A stretch of 64,000 nucleotides of DNA, from assembly GCA_053919585.1 (NCBI GenBank), contig CM132805.1; one strand, written 5' to 3'. A model generated the notes under the pieces. It saw only the letters and a list, made by a program, of their open reading frames with translations, was not told the origin of the DNA and ran no database searches. The DNA comes from Euprymna scolopes (lineage: Eukaryota). A program made the translations under genes and the position numbers. Numbering within the stretch: position 1 is the first letter of the stretch; each line of letters opens with the position of its first letter. Of this stretch, positions 12,000-26,476 are shown piece by piece.

Positions 12000-14900
12000 G
12001 TTAGCGTCTTAAGTGTCCTAGATTATAAGAACAAATCTTAGTTGATGAGACAAGCTTTTCTTTATGTTTGATTTCAGTGTCCTAAACTATGAGATAACAT
12101 AATGAATGATTCTTAGTAAACAAGACAAACTTTCTTTCTTTAATGCTTGTTTCCAGCGTGATTATGAAGGAACTAAATGAACGAATCTTAGTAAATGAAA
12201 CAGACTTCCTTTTCTAAATGCTTGGTTTCAGCATCCTAAACTATGAGATGACCTAATGAACGAATCTTACGAAACAAGATGAATTTTCTTTTCTAAACGT
12301 TGGTTTCAAATTCCTAAATATTGAGATGGCTAAATGAACGAAACTTAGTAGATGAAACGAACTTTCTTTTTTTTAACTTTCTAAATTATGAGATGACATA
12401 ATGAACGAATATTAGTAAACAAGACAAAATTTCTTTTTTTGATGTTTGGTTTCAGTGTTCTAAATTATGAGATGACTAAATGAACGAATATTAGTAAACA
12501 AGACAAAATTTCTTTTTTTGATGTTTGGTTTCAGTGTTCTAAATTATGAGATGACTAAATGAACGAATATTAGTAAACAAGACAAAATTTCTTTTTTTGA
12601 TGTTTGGTTTCAGTGTTCTAAATTATGAGATGACTAAATGAACGAATATTAGTAAACAAGACAAAATTTCTTTTTTTGATGTTTGGTTTCAGTGTTCTAA
12701 ATTATGAGATGACTAAATGAACGAATATTAGTAAACAAGACAAAATTTCTTTTTTTGATGTTTGGTTCCAGTGTTCTAAATTATGAGATGACTAAATGAA
12801 CGAATATTAGTAAACAAGACAAAATTTCTTTTTTTGATGTTTGGTTTCAGTGTTCTAAATTATGAGATGACTAAATGAACGAATATTAGTAAACAAGACA
12901 AAATTTCTTTTTTTGATGTTTGGTTTCAGTGTTCTAAATTATGAGATGACTAAATGAACGAATATTAGTAAACAAGACAAAATTTCTTTTTTTGATGTTT
13001 GGTTTCAGTGTTCTAAATTATGAGATGACTAAATGAACGAATATTAGTAAACAAGACAAAATTTCTTTTTTTGATGTTTGGTTTCAGTGTTCTAAATTAT
13101 GAGATGACTAAATGAACGAATATTAGTAAACAAGACAAAATTTCTTTTTTTGATGTTTGGTTTCAGTGTTCTAAATTATGAGATGACTAAATGAACGAAT
13201 ATTAGTAAACAAGACAAAATTTCTTTTTTTGATGTTTGGTTCCAGTGTTCTAAATTATGAGATGACTAAATGAACGAATATTAGTAAACAAGACAAAATT
13301 TCTTTTTTTGATGTTTGGTTTCAGTGTTCTAAATTATGAGATGACTAAATGAACGAATATTAGTAAACAAGACAAAATTTCTTTTTTAGATGTTTGGTTT
13401 CAGTGTTCTAAATTATGAGATGACTAAATGAACGAATATTAGTAAACAAGACAAAATTTCTTTTTTTGATGTTTGGTTTCAGTGTTCTAAATTATGAGAT
13501 GACTAAATGAACGAATATTAGTAAACAAGACAAAATTTCTTTTTTTGATGTTTGGTTCCAGTGTTCTAAATTATGAGATGACTAAATGAACGAATATTAG
13601 TAAACAAGACAAAATTTCTTTTTTTGATGTTTGGTTCCAGTGTTCTAAATTATGAGATGACTAAATGAACGAATATTAGTAAACAAGACAAAATTTCTTT
13701 TTTTGATGTTTGGTTTCAGTGTTCTAAATTATGAGATGACTAAATGAACGAATATTAGTAAACAAGACAAAATTTCTTTTTTTGATGTTTGGTTCCAGTG
13801 TTCTAAATTATGAGATGACTAAATGAACGAATATTAGTAAACAAGACAAAATTTCTTTTTTTGATGTTTGGTTCCAGTGTTCTAAATTATGAGATGACTA
13901 AATGAACGAATATTAGTAAACAAGACAAAATTTCTTTTTTTGATGTTTGGTTCCAGTGTTCTAAATTATGAGATGACTAAATGAACGAATATTAGTAAAC
14001 AAGACAAAATTTCTTTTTTTGATGTTTGGTTTCAGTGTTCTAAATTATGAGATGACTAAATGAACGAATATTAGTAAACAAGACAAAATTTCTTTTTTTG
14101 ATGTTTGGTTTCAGTGTTCTAAATTATGAGATGACTAAATGAACGAATATTAGTAAACAAGACAAAATTTCTTTTTTTGATGTTTGGTTCCAGTGTTCTA
14201 AATTATGAGATGACTAAATGAACGAATATTAGTAAACAAGACAAAATTTCTTTTTTTGATGTTTGGTTTCAGTGTTCTAAATTATGAGATTACTAAATGA
14301 ACGAATATTAGTAAACAAGACAAAATTTCTTTTTTTGATGTTTGGTTTCAGTGTTCTAAATTATGAGATGACTAAATGAACGAATATTAGTAAACAAGAC
14401 AAAATTTCTTTTTTTGATGTTTGGTTTCAGTGTTCTAAATTATGAGATGACTAAATGAACGAATATTAGTAAACAAGACAAAATTTCTTTTTTTGATGTT
14501 TGGTTTCAGTGTTCTAAATTATGAGATGACTAAATGAACGAATATTAGTAAACAAGACAAAATTTCTTGTTTTGATGTTTGGTTTCAGTGTTCTAAATTA
14601 TGAGATGACTAAATGAACGAATATTAGTAAACAAGACAAAATTTCTTTTTTTGATGTTTGGTTTCAGTGTTCTAAATTATGAGATGACTAAATGAACGAA
14701 TATTAGTAAACAAGACAAAATTTCTTTTTTTGATGTTTGGTTTCAGTGTTCTAAATTATGAGATGACTAAATGAACGAATATTAGTAAACAAGACAAAAT
14801 TTTTTTTTTTTGATGTTTGGTTTCAGTGTTCTAAATTATGAGATGACTAAATGAACGAATATTAGTAAACAAGACAAAATTTCTTTTTTTGATGTTTGGT

Positions 14901-17900
14901 TTCAGTGTTCTAAATTATGAGATGACTAAATGAACGAATATTAGTAAACAAGACAAAATTTCTTTTTTTGATGTTTGGTTTCAGTGTTCTAAATTATGAG
15001 ATGACTAAATGAACGAATATTAGTAAACAAGACAAAATTTCTTTTTTTGATGTTTGGTTTCAGTGTTCTAAATTATGAGATGACTAAATGAACGAATATT
15101 AGTAAACAAGACAAAATTTCTTTTTTTGATGTTTGGTTTCAGTGTTCTAAATTATGAGATGACTAAATGAACGAATATTAGTAAACAAGACAAAATTTCT
15201 TTTTTTGATGTTTGGTTTCAGTGTTCTAAATTATGAGATGACTAAATGAACGAATATTAGTAAACAAGACAAAATTTCTTTTTTTGATGTTTGGTTTCAG
15301 TGTTCTAAATTATGAGATGACTAAATGAACGAATATTAGTAAACAAGACAAAATTTCTTTTTTTGATGTTTGGTTTCAGTGTTCTAAATTATGAGATGAC
15401 TAAATGAACGAATATTAGTAAACAAGACAAAATTTCTTTTTTTGATGTTTGGTTTCAGTGTTCTAAATTATGAGATGACTAAATGAACGAATATTAGTAA
15501 ACAAGACAAAATTTCTTTTTTTGATGTTTGGTTTCAGTGTTCTAAATTATGAGATGACTAAATGAACGAATATTAGTAAACAAGACAAAATTTCTTTTTT
15601 TGATGTTTGGTTTCAGTGTTCTAAATTATGAGATGACTAAATGAACGAATATTAGTAAACAAGACAAAATTTCTTTTTTTGATGTTTGGTTTCAGTGTTC
15701 TAAATTATGAGATGACTAAATGAACGAATATTAGTAAACAAGACAAAATTTCTTTTTTTGATGTTTGGTTTCAGTGTTCTAAATTATGAGATGACTAAAT
15801 GAACGAATATTAGTAAACAAGACAAAATTTCTTTTTTTGATGTTTGGTTCCAGTGTTCTAAATTATGAGATGACTAAATGAACGAATATTAGTAAACAAG
15901 ACAAAATTTCTTTTTTTGATGTTTGGTTTCAGTGTTCTAAATTATGAGATTACTAAATGAACGAATATTAGTAAACAAGACAAAATTTCTTTTTTTGATG
16001 TTTGGTTTCAGTGTTCTAAATTATGAGATGACTAAATGAACGAATATTAGTAAACAAGACAAAATTTCTTTTTTTGATGTTTGGTTTCAGTGTTCTAAAT
16101 TATGAGATGACTAAATGAACGAATATTAGTAAACAAGACAAAATTTCTTTTTTTGATGTTTGGTTTCAGTGTTCTAAATTATGAGATGACTAAATGAACG
16201 AATATTAGTAAACAAGACAAAATTTCTTGTTTTGATGTTTGGTTTCAGTGTTCTAAATTATGAGATGACTAAATGAACGAATATTAGTAAACAAGACAAA
16301 ATTTCTTTTTTTGATGTTTGGTTTCAGTGTTCTAAATTATGAGATGACTAAATGAACGAATATTAGTAAACAAGACAAAATTTCTTTTTTTGATGTTTGG
16401 TTTCAGTGTTCTAAATTATGAGATGACTAAATGAACGAATATTAGTAAACAAGACAAAATTTTTTTTTTTTGATGTTTGGTTTCAGTGTTCTAAATTATG
16501 AGATGACTAAATGAACGAATATTAGTAAACAAGACAAAATTTCTTTTTTTGATGTTTGGTTTCAGTGTTCTAAATTATGAGATGACTAAATGAACGAATA
16601 TTAGTAAACAAGACAAAATTTCTTTTTTTGATGTTTGGTTTCAGTGTTCTAAATTATGAGATGACTAAATGAACGAATATTAGTAAACAAGACAAAATTT
16701 CTTTTTTTGATGTTTGGTTTCAGTGTTCTAAATTATGAGATGACTAAATGAACGAATATTAGTAAACAAGACAAAATTTCTTTTTTTGATGTTTGGTTTC
16801 AGTGTTCTAAATTATGAGATGACTAAATGAACGAATATTAGTAAACAAGACAAAATTTCTTTTTTTGATGTTTGGTTTCAGTGTTCTAAATTATGAGATG
16901 ACTAAATGAACGAATATTAGTAAACAAGACAAAATTTCTTTTTTTGATGTTTGGTTTCAGTGTTCTAAATTATGAGATGACTAAATGAACGAATATTAGT
17001 AAACAAGACAAAATTTCTTTTTTTGATGTTTGGTTTCAGTGTTCTAAATTATGAGATGACTAAATGAACGAATATTAGTAAACAAGACAAAATTTCTTTT
17101 TTTGATGTTTGGTTTCAGTGTTCTAAATTATGAGATGACTAAATGAACGAATATTAGTAAACAAGACAAAATTTCTTTTTTTGATGTTTGGTTTCAGTGT
17201 TCTAAATTATGAGATGACTAAATGAACGAATATTAGTAAACAAGACAAAATTTCTTTTTTTGATGTTTGGTTTCAGTGTTCTAAATTATGAGATGACTAA
17301 ATGAACGAATATTAGTAAACAAGACAAAATTTCTTTTTTTGATGTTTGGTTTCAGTGTTCTAAATTATGAGATGACTAAATGAACGAATATTAGTAAACA
17401 AGACAAAATTTCTTTTTTTGATGTTTGGTTTCAGTGTTCTAAATTATGAGATGACTAAATGAACGAATATTAGTAAACAAGACAAAATTTCTTTTTTTGA
17501 TGTTTGGTTTCAGTGTTCTAAATTATGAGATGACTAAATGAACGAATATTAGTAAACAAGACAAAATTTCTTTTTTTGATGTTTGGTTTCAGTGTTCTAA
17601 ATTATGAGATGACTAAATGAACGAATATTAGTAAACAAGACAAAATTTCTTTTTTTGATGTTTGGTTTCAGTGTTCTAAATTATGAGATGACTAAATGAA
17701 CGAATATTAGTAAACAAGACAAAATTTCTTTTTTTGATGTTTGGTTTCAGTGTTCTAAATTATGAGATGACTAAATGAACGAATATTAGTAAACAAGACA
17801 AAATTTCTTTTTTTGATGTTTGGTTTCAGTGTTCTAAATTATGAGATGACTAAATGAACGAATATTAGTAAACAAGACAAAATTTCTTTTTTTGATGTTT

Positions 17901-20140
17901 GGTTTCAGTGTTCTAAATTATGAGATGACTAAATGAACGAATATTAGTAAACAAGACAAAATTTTTTTTTTGATGTTTGGTTTCAGTGTTCTAAATTATG
18001 AGATGACTAAATGAACGAATATTAGTAAACAAGACAAAATTTCTTTTTTTGATGTTTGGTTTCAGTGTTCTAAATTATGAGATGACTAAATGAACGAATA
18101 TTAGTAAACAAGACAAAATTTCTTTTTTTGATGTTTGGTTTCAGTGTTCTAAATTATGAGATGACTAAATGAACGAATATTAGTAAACAAGACAAAATTT
18201 CTTTTTTTGATGTTTGGTTTCAGTGTTCTAAATTATGAGATGACTAAATGAACGAATATTAGTAAACAAGACAAAATTTCTTTTTTTGATGTTTGGTTTC
18301 AGTGTTCTAAATTATGAGATGACTAAATGAACGAATATTAGTAAACAAGACAAAATTTCTTTTTTTGATGTTTGGTTTCAGTGTTCTAAATTATGAGATG
18401 ACTAAATGAACGAATATTAGTAAACAAGACAAAATTTCTTTTTTTGATGTTTGGTTTCAGTGTTCTAAATTATGAGATGACTAAATGAACGAATATTAGT
18501 AAACAAGACAAAATTTCTTTTTTTGATGTTTGGTTTCAGTGTTCTAAATTATGAGATGACTAAATGAACGAATATTAGTAAACAAGACAAAATTTCTTTT
18601 TTTGATGTTTGGTTTCAGTGTTCTAAATTATGAGATGACTAAATGAACGAATATTAGTAAACAAGACAAAATTTCTTTTTTTGATGTTTGGTTTCAGTGT
18701 TCTAAATTATGAGATGACTAAATGAACGAATATTAGTAAACAAGACAAAATTTCTTTTTTTGATGTTTGGTTTCAGTGTTCTAAATTATGAGATGACTAA
18801 ATGAACGAATATTAGTAAACAAGACAAAATTTCTTTTTTTGATGTTTGGTTTCAGTGTTCTAAATTATGAGATGACTAAATGAACGAATATTAGTAAACA
18901 AGACAAAATTTCTTTTTTTGATGTTTGGTTTCAGTGTTCTAAATTATGAGATGACTAAATGAACGAATATTAGTAAACAAGACAAAATTTCTTTTTTTGA
19001 TGTTTGGTTTCAGTGTTCTAAATTATGAGATGACTAAATGAACGAATATTAGTAAACAAGACAAAATTTCTTTTTTTGATGTTTGGTTTCAGTGTTCTAA
19101 ATTATGAGATGACTAAATGAACGAATATTAGTAAACAAGACAAAATTTCTTTTTTTGATGTTTGGTTTCAGTGTTCTAAATTATGAGATGACTAAATGAA
19201 CGAATATTAGTAAACAAGACAAAATTTCTTTTTTTGATGTTTGGTTTCAGTGTTCTAAATTATGAGATGACTAAATGAACGAATATTAGTAAACAAGACA
19301 AAATTTCTTTTTTTGATGTTTGGTTTCAGTGTTCTAAATTATGAGATGACTAAATGAACGAATATTAGTAAACAAGACAAAATTTCTTTTTTTGATGTTT
19401 GGTTTCAGTGTTCTAAATTATGAGATGACTAAATGAACGAATATTAGTAAACAAGACAAAATTTCTTTTTTTGATGTTTGGTTTCAGTGTTCTAAATTAT
19501 GAGATGACTAAATGAACGAATATTAGTAAACAAGACAAAATTTCTTTTTTTGATGTTTGGTTTCAGTGTTCTAAATTATGAGATGACTAAATGAACGAAT
19601 ATTAGTAAACAAGACAAAATTTCTTTTTTTGATGTTTGGTTTCAGTGTTCTAAATTATGAGATGACTAAATGAACGAATATTAGTAAACAAGACAAAATT
19701 TCTTTTTTTGATGTTTGGTTTCAGTGTTCTAAATTATGAGATGACTAAATGAACGAATATTAGTAAACAAGACAAAATTTCTTTTTTTGATGTTTGGTTT
19801 CAGTGTTCTAAATTATGAGATGACTAAATGAACGAATATTAGTAAACAAGACAAAATTTCTTTTTTTGATGTTTGGTTTCAGTGTTCTAAATTATGAGAT
19901 GACTAAATGAACGAATATTAGTAAACAAGACAAAATTTCTTTTTTTGATGTTTGGTTTCAGTGTTCTAAATTATGAGATGACTAAATGAACGAATCTCAA
20001 TAAACAAGACAAACTTTCTTTTTTTAATGTTTGGTTCCAGCTTCCTAAACTATGACTACATGAATGTCTTAGTAAGCGAGAATAACTTTCTTTTTTAATG
20101 TATGGTTTCAGCTTCCTAAATTATGAGATGAAAATTTGAA
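12000..20140. repeat. 79-bp satellite: about 96 near-identical units (12401-19996) with degenerate flanking units
   Basis: Unit aagacaaaatttctttttttgatgtttggtttcagtgttctaaattatgagatgactaaatgaacgaatattagtaaac. Confidence 0.98.
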
Positions 20141-20594
20141 CAAATCTCTTTCCACTCACAGAATAGGGTGTCTATTCTGAGTGCCGTTCTTAATATGGGG
20201 ATGTTGCAGGATATCAGAGGAGGTTGGGAGAGTCTGTTCTGAAAGGCATTCTTAATATGAAGAGGTGGAAGTGTCCGTTCCGAAAGCCATTCTTACCATG
20301 AGGAGCTTGGGGATTGGATGGCAGCAGCAACAACAACGACTGTTTTTTTACTGTTTTTACCTTAGATCCACCTACACACTTTCCATTAAAATGACGACTT
20401 AAAGGTTTTCCGCTGATTAAGAAAATCTGATTTCTATTTGCTGGATATAGTTTTCCCCCGTATTATGCACTTTATATCACTGGCTGCCAGATTAGTACGC
20501 ATGGGCATGGGGATCTTGACAGCGACTATCAAGGTTAAATTTGTGGCAAATATTTTGACAGTCACCTAAACTAGTAAAATGGGGTGTCTATTCC

Positions 20595-21957
20595 GAAAGC
20601 TGTTCTTAACATGGGAATATTGCCAGTGACCACTCTGAAAGCTGTTCTTAACATGGGAATATTGCCAGTGACCACTCTGAAAGCTGTTCTTAACATGGGA
20701 ATATTGCCAGTGACCACTCTGAAAGCTGTTCTTAACATGGGAATATTGCCAGTGACCACTCTGAAAGCTGTTCTTAACATGGGAATATTGCCAGTGACCA
20801 CTCTGAAAGCTGTTCTTAACATGGGAATATTGCCAGTGACCACTCTGAAAGCTGTTCTTAACATGGGAATATTGCCAGTGACCACTCTGAAAGCTGTTCT
20901 TAACATGGGAATATTGCCAGTGACCACTCTGAAAGCTGTTCTTAACATGGGAATATTGCCAGTGACCACTCTGAAAGCTGTTCTTAACATGGGAATATTG
21001 CCAGTGACCACTCTGAAAGCTGTTCTTAACATGGGAATATTGCCAGTGACCACTCTGAAAGCTGTTCTTAACATGGGAATATTGCCAGTGACCACTCTGA
21101 AAGCTGTTCTTAACATGGGAATATTGCCAGTGACCACTCTGAAAGCTGTTCTTAACATGGGAATATTGCCAGTGACCACTCTGAAAGCTGTTCTTAACAT
21201 GGGAATATTGCCAGTGACCACTCTGAAAGCTGTTCTTAACATGGGAATATTGCCAGTGACCACTCTGAAAGCTGTTCTTAACATGGGAATATTGCCAGTG
21301 ACCACTCTGAAAGCTGTTCTTAACATGGGAATATTGCCAGTGACCACTCTGAAAGCTGTTCTTAACATGGGAATATTGCCAGTGACCACTCTGAAAGCTG
21401 TTCTTAACATGGGAATATTGCCAGTGACCACTCTGAAAGCTGTTCTTAACATGGGAATATTGCCAGTGACCACTCTGAAAGCTGTTCTTAACATGGGAAT
21501 ATTGCCAGTGACCACTCTGAAAGCTGTTCTTAACATGGGAATATTGCCAGTGACCACTCTGAAAGCTGTTCTTAACATGGGAATATTGCCAGTGACCACT
21601 TTGAAAGCTGTTCTTAACATGGGAATATTGCCAGTGACCACTCTGAAAGCTGTTCTTAACATGGGAATATTGCCAGTGACCACTCTGAAAGCTGTTCTTA
21701 ACATGGGAATATTGCCAGTGACCACTCTGAAAGCTGTTCTTAACATGGGAATATTGCCAGTGACCACTCTGAAAGCTGTTCTTAACATGGGAATATTGCC
21801 AGTGACCACTCTGAAAGCTGTTCTTAACATGGGAATATTGCCAGTGACCACTCTGAAAGCTGTTCTTAACATGGGAATATTGCCAGTGACCACTCTGAAA
21901 GCTGTTCTTAACATGGGAATATTGCCAGTGACCACTCTGAAAGCTGTTCTTAACATG
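20595..21957. repeat. 42-bp minisatellite, 32 full units plus a partial unit
   Basis: Unit gaaagctgttcttaacatgggaatattgccagtgaccactct; one variant (c>t at 21601); degenerate units at 20165-20310 and 21958-22010. Confidence 0.98.
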
Positions 21958-22071
21958 AGGAGGTTGAGGGTGTCCATTCTGTAAACCTTTCTTAAGATGA
22001 GGAGATGGGGTGTTTGGGCAACAGCAGCTGTATTTTAAATTTTTCTACGAGAGAAGAATGGTATGCTTCCA

Positions 22072-22102
22072 CCAGGCAATGCCGGTTAGCGGGTCTTGCT
22101 AG
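22072..22102 (+). mobile_element. Helitron-like 3' terminus (plus strand)
   Basis: Short hairpin ggcaatgcc followed by gcgggtcttgCTAG|t. Confidence 0.5.
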
Positions 22103-23191
22103 TTTAATATAATTTATGCGTGTTATTAGCAAAAAAAATATATTTCCTGTTAGTTTCATAAATTAGTGACATTGTAATGTTTTTTTATAAAGCAATTAGG
22201 AATATAAAAGAAATTGTAAAAACAAAATATTTAAAATAAAAAAACAAAACAATAATTTCATGTATATTAAAAATTGTTAAAAGTGAAATGATACGTCAAC
22301 ATCACATTTACCTTATAAAATAAGATTTATGACTATACCACAAAAGAACGATTAAATTGAATTATTGAAAAGTGTTAAAACAATTAGTTCTGTTTGTTAA
22401 AAATAGGAAGAATGTTTGTCTTTACATGCACATGTGAATTGGAAATATTTTATATAAATTATGTTTTTCAGAGTTTTGTAATTCCTATTTTCATGTTGTA
22501 TTACTTTTCCTCCTAAATGATGAAAAATGAAACTACCAGCAACCAAAAAAAAAGAAAAGAAACTATTTGATTCTCCTAGATTAAGTTAATGATAAATATG
22601 TCTAAAATAAGTATTTGTTTTTCATTAACTTTTCATTGTTTGAGAATTTCTCCTAGACTGAGTTGATTTGATTGAATTCATATTTTGTTTCAGCAAATGA
22701 AAATGTGAAACTAATATTGTGTTTACACTATGGATGCCTTAAAACAACAGCCATTTGTAAAATGCATATATACATGTGTTGTTAATAAAAGTCATAAATC
22801 ATCATTAATGAATCTCTTGACAAAGGCTTCCTTTCTAGGGCAATTGCTCTTGACATATCAAAGGTCTTCGATAAGGTATGGCATAAGGGTATACTTCACA
22901 ATATTTCCAGCTACGGTATAACTGGAAATGTTTTCTCAATTATTAAATCATTTCTCTCTGATAGGCTCATAAGAGTAGTGGTTGATGGGCAGAAATCAGA
23001 GGCCCACAGTATTAATGCTGGAGTTCCTCAAGTGTCCATCCTGGGCCCAACTCTCTTCCTGATCTACATCAATGATCTCCCAACATACATACTTAAATCA
23101 TTCGTTGACATCTATGGCAACAAATCAAAGGCCGTAAATGACAAAGTTCTCTCGGATTATCTTTCATCTGATCTTGAGCGAGTGGTACAGT

Positions 23192-24763
23192 TGTAACACC
23201 AAAGAGGGGCCACATCAGATCAGTAGAGTCGATGTGACGTTTTTTGTTAAATGTGATAATCAATCCCGGGCGAACACCGGTTACAGAAAAAAAAAATAAT
23301 TTTTTTTAGTTAATATTTTTTTGTATCAAAATCTTGTTGTTGAGATACCATACGGTCGGGGGATAAAAATAGAAATCGCCTGCTAAACTTCAAAGCGAAA
23401 GATTACTTAAAACATTTTTTAACCAAAATACGCTCGCGTTTGAACTAAACGAGCCAAACACAAAATATTCCGAATCAGAGCTTTGAAATGTTGATCGGCT
23501 TGGAAATGTGTTGGTTGACAGGTGAAATGTCGGATCGTTTTTGATCCGAGAAACACACACACACGAAACAGATCGGGCCTGATAAAAGAATTCATGACGT
23601 CAGCCCAAGGTTCGACATGAATTGTTTTTCAATATGACCTATCTAAAAATGTCTTTTGGCAAATTGTTTTGGGCGCTAAAGGGAATTCTGACATGTAAAG
23701 AATATTTTTTAAAAATCACACGGATGTTTTTACAAAACAAATAAATTCAAAGGGGAAAGAATATCAAACGGATATTTTTAAATAGATGAAAGCTGGTGAT
23801 CTATTACAAGCTAAACAATATTTCCTCTGATTATCAGTTGATAATATGGAAAAAACCATTATAAAGAAGGCGGGGTCAGACAAGTTGGGGAGGAGTCAAT
23901 TTGATTTTGGAAATTGGGGGCGGAAAACTAATACCTGCCACAGGCCAAATTGACCAATGAGAAGGAATCAGGTGAATTGTTATCAATCAATTTGATTGGT
24001 CAAAGACGAACGTAGGCGTCGTCATTATTCAAGGGTTTTACTATATAAGATCTGTAAAACTCGATTTAATAAGAGAGATAGAAGAGTTAGAAGAAGAGAG
24101 AAGACAGAGAGAGATCCCTGGAGAGACAGAGATAAGGTCTCGGTAGAGGACTCCAGCCACCCAACTTCTCTCTCCCCCTCGCTGGTCGCCAGAGAGCTCA
24201 ATTTGCAACTTAATAGAATTCAGAGGACCTAGGAAGAGACCAGCCAGAACACCTTAGCGATAATTACAACGGTCCGCGACTCCAACCGAGTATTTCAACA
24301 ACAAGAAGCTCATTCACAAATCTAATTGCTTGCTTCCATTTAATCTTCAATTGTACATATGTCTGTAGATAATCATTTATGAATTTCCTAAATACATTAT
24401 ATATCAACCAACCTCCGGAGTTTGTTTGCTGATGTGCTGTTGTTCCATGTAATTTTAATTCTTTTACTTGCCACTTGTGACCCCGTTCCCGTCAACGAAC
24501 ACCCAGTCAACAGGACGACCAACTAGACGATCAAGAAGAACAGGCCTTGAGGACCGTGCAACCGAGAAGAGTCCCCCAACGCCTTGACGAGGACTCACTG
24601 GGTGACGCGACGTACCAACGGTTGGCAGACCTGGTTACCCAGTCGACATAATTAATTACCCGGTGACTAGGATAGTCATAATTGGGCATCGACCCAGGGT
24701 TAAGATCGTAACTGGGCCGCGATCAGAGGTTCAAGGTCGTGTAAGGTCACGTTCAAGGTCACA
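23192..24763 (+). mobile_element. Solo LTR, 1572 bp (Gypsy-like)
   Basis: TGTAAC...GTCACA termini; 4-bp TSD CAGT (23188-23191, 24764-24767) interrupting the LINE RT exactly; GC box, CCAAT boxes and TATA (ctatataag, 24041). Confidence 0.85.
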
Positions 24764-25399
24764 CAGTGGGGAAGAGGTGGCTGGTTACTTTTAATGCATC
24801 TAAAGCCAAGCTCCTATCTTTACATCATCAACGTTCTGATCCCCATCTGGCATCAATTGAAATGGATGGCTCTCGTCTTGGGGAGGCTCCATGTTTTGAC
24901 AAGCTTCTGGGTTTGTCCTTTACTCCTGATCTGAAATGGAACACGTACATCAAGTCTGTTGCCCAGGTCACTGGGAAAATGGTGGGATCCTTCTACCACT
25001 CCAGAAGATATCTCACTACTGATGCAATTCTCTATCTGTATAAAAGCCAAGTACATCCAAGGATGGAGTACTGCTGCCACATCTGGGCTGAAGCTGCTAA
25101 AAACAGCCTATCCTGTCTTGACAGAGTACAAAATAGACTTCGTGGCTTAGTGGGGGATGCCCTTTTCTCTTCCCTACAACCTTTCACCCACAGAAGAGAC
25201 GTTGCGAGCCTGTTTTTGTTTTATCATTATTTCCATGGCAAGTACTCGTTCAAGCTCCAGTCTCTGGTCCCCCCTCCCCAATCCTTCACGAAAAACACCT
25301 GTATAGCTGAAACCACTGTCATTAATTTTCCCCACTCTTTATCTGTGCCTAAATCAAAACGTAGATTCCATGAACAAAGCTTATTTCTTAGAAGTGCAC

Positions 25400-26476
25400 T
25401 AGCAGTGTCAGAAATTTCGTGAAAATAGTGAATAATTCCACCCCATCTTTCCAAGCTTATAACTCCTCGAAAAATGTAATTCAAGCCCTAATTTTTTTTT
25501 TCAATTAAAGGAGTAAGGACCAAGGTTTTATTTAAAAAAAAAACAAAACAAAACAATGTGTTTTTTTTTTTAAAAAAGGTTTTAAACTTCGGACTTTACA
25601 GGTAAATTTCTAAAAAACTGATTTTTTTTTTTGTTTTAAATTTGAATATATTATTTATTGACCTTTTCTCTTCAATTTGTGATATATAAACCTATTAAAC
25701 ATAAATTAATTATTTACTTTTTAATAGACATTTCAAAATGAGAGGCGTAAATTATTCGACCCCCTATCTTTCTAAGCTTATAACTCCTCGAAAAATGTAA
25801 TTCAAGCCCTAATTTTTTTTTCAATTAAAGGAGCAAGGACCAAGGTTTCATTAAAAAAAAAAAAAAAAAAGACAAAAAGAAAAAATGTGTTCTTATAAAA
25901 TAAGGTTTTAAACTTCGGACTTTACAGGTAAATTTCTAAAAAACTGATTTTTTTTTTTGTTTTAAATTTGAATATATTATTTATTGACCTTTTCTCTTCA
26001 ATTTGTGATATATAAACCTATTAAACATAAATTAATTATTTACTTTTTAATAGACATTTCAAAATGGGGGGGCGTGAAAATGGGGGGGCGTAAAAATGGG
26101 GGGGCGTGAATTTAAAAAAAACGTTTGTCTAAAATATTATATTCGGTTTATTGGAAAGAACATAAAATTTCACATTGACCCTGAAAATATCGTAAAAATA
26201 GAATCAATAGAAAAATTTTGATAGATTTTTAAAATTTAAAAATATTGAGTTTAAAAATTGAAAAATATTGAGTTCGGAAAATTCATTACTGTTTTAAAAA
26301 AAAATAAAAATATTTTTATTACTTTTAAAACAACTGTAATAGTTTATTTTGGAAGTATAATCCATAAAGAAAATAAATAACCCACTTTTAACAGAGAAAT
26401 TACGAGATTTTTATATTGTATTCGCAGTTTCGTGTTAGGGGTGTCAAAAATTCCTACAAAAATTCTGATACTGCTA
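25400..26476. mobile_element. Non-autonomous TIR DNA transposon, 1077 bp, with 9-bp TSD
   Basis: TIRs tagcagtgtcagaa / ttctgatactgcta; TSD gaagtgcac (25391-25399, 26477-26485); internal tandem duplication of about 320 bp. Confidence 0.9.

Noticed and set aside
12401-21957. CRISPR-like regular arrays
   Set aside because: Units are contiguous and identical, with no unique spacers and no cas genes; eukaryotic context.
20571-21984. 468-aa and 466-aa ORFs on opposite strands
   Set aside because: By-product of a stop-free 42-bp (14-codon) repeat; no unique domain and no synonymous divergence.
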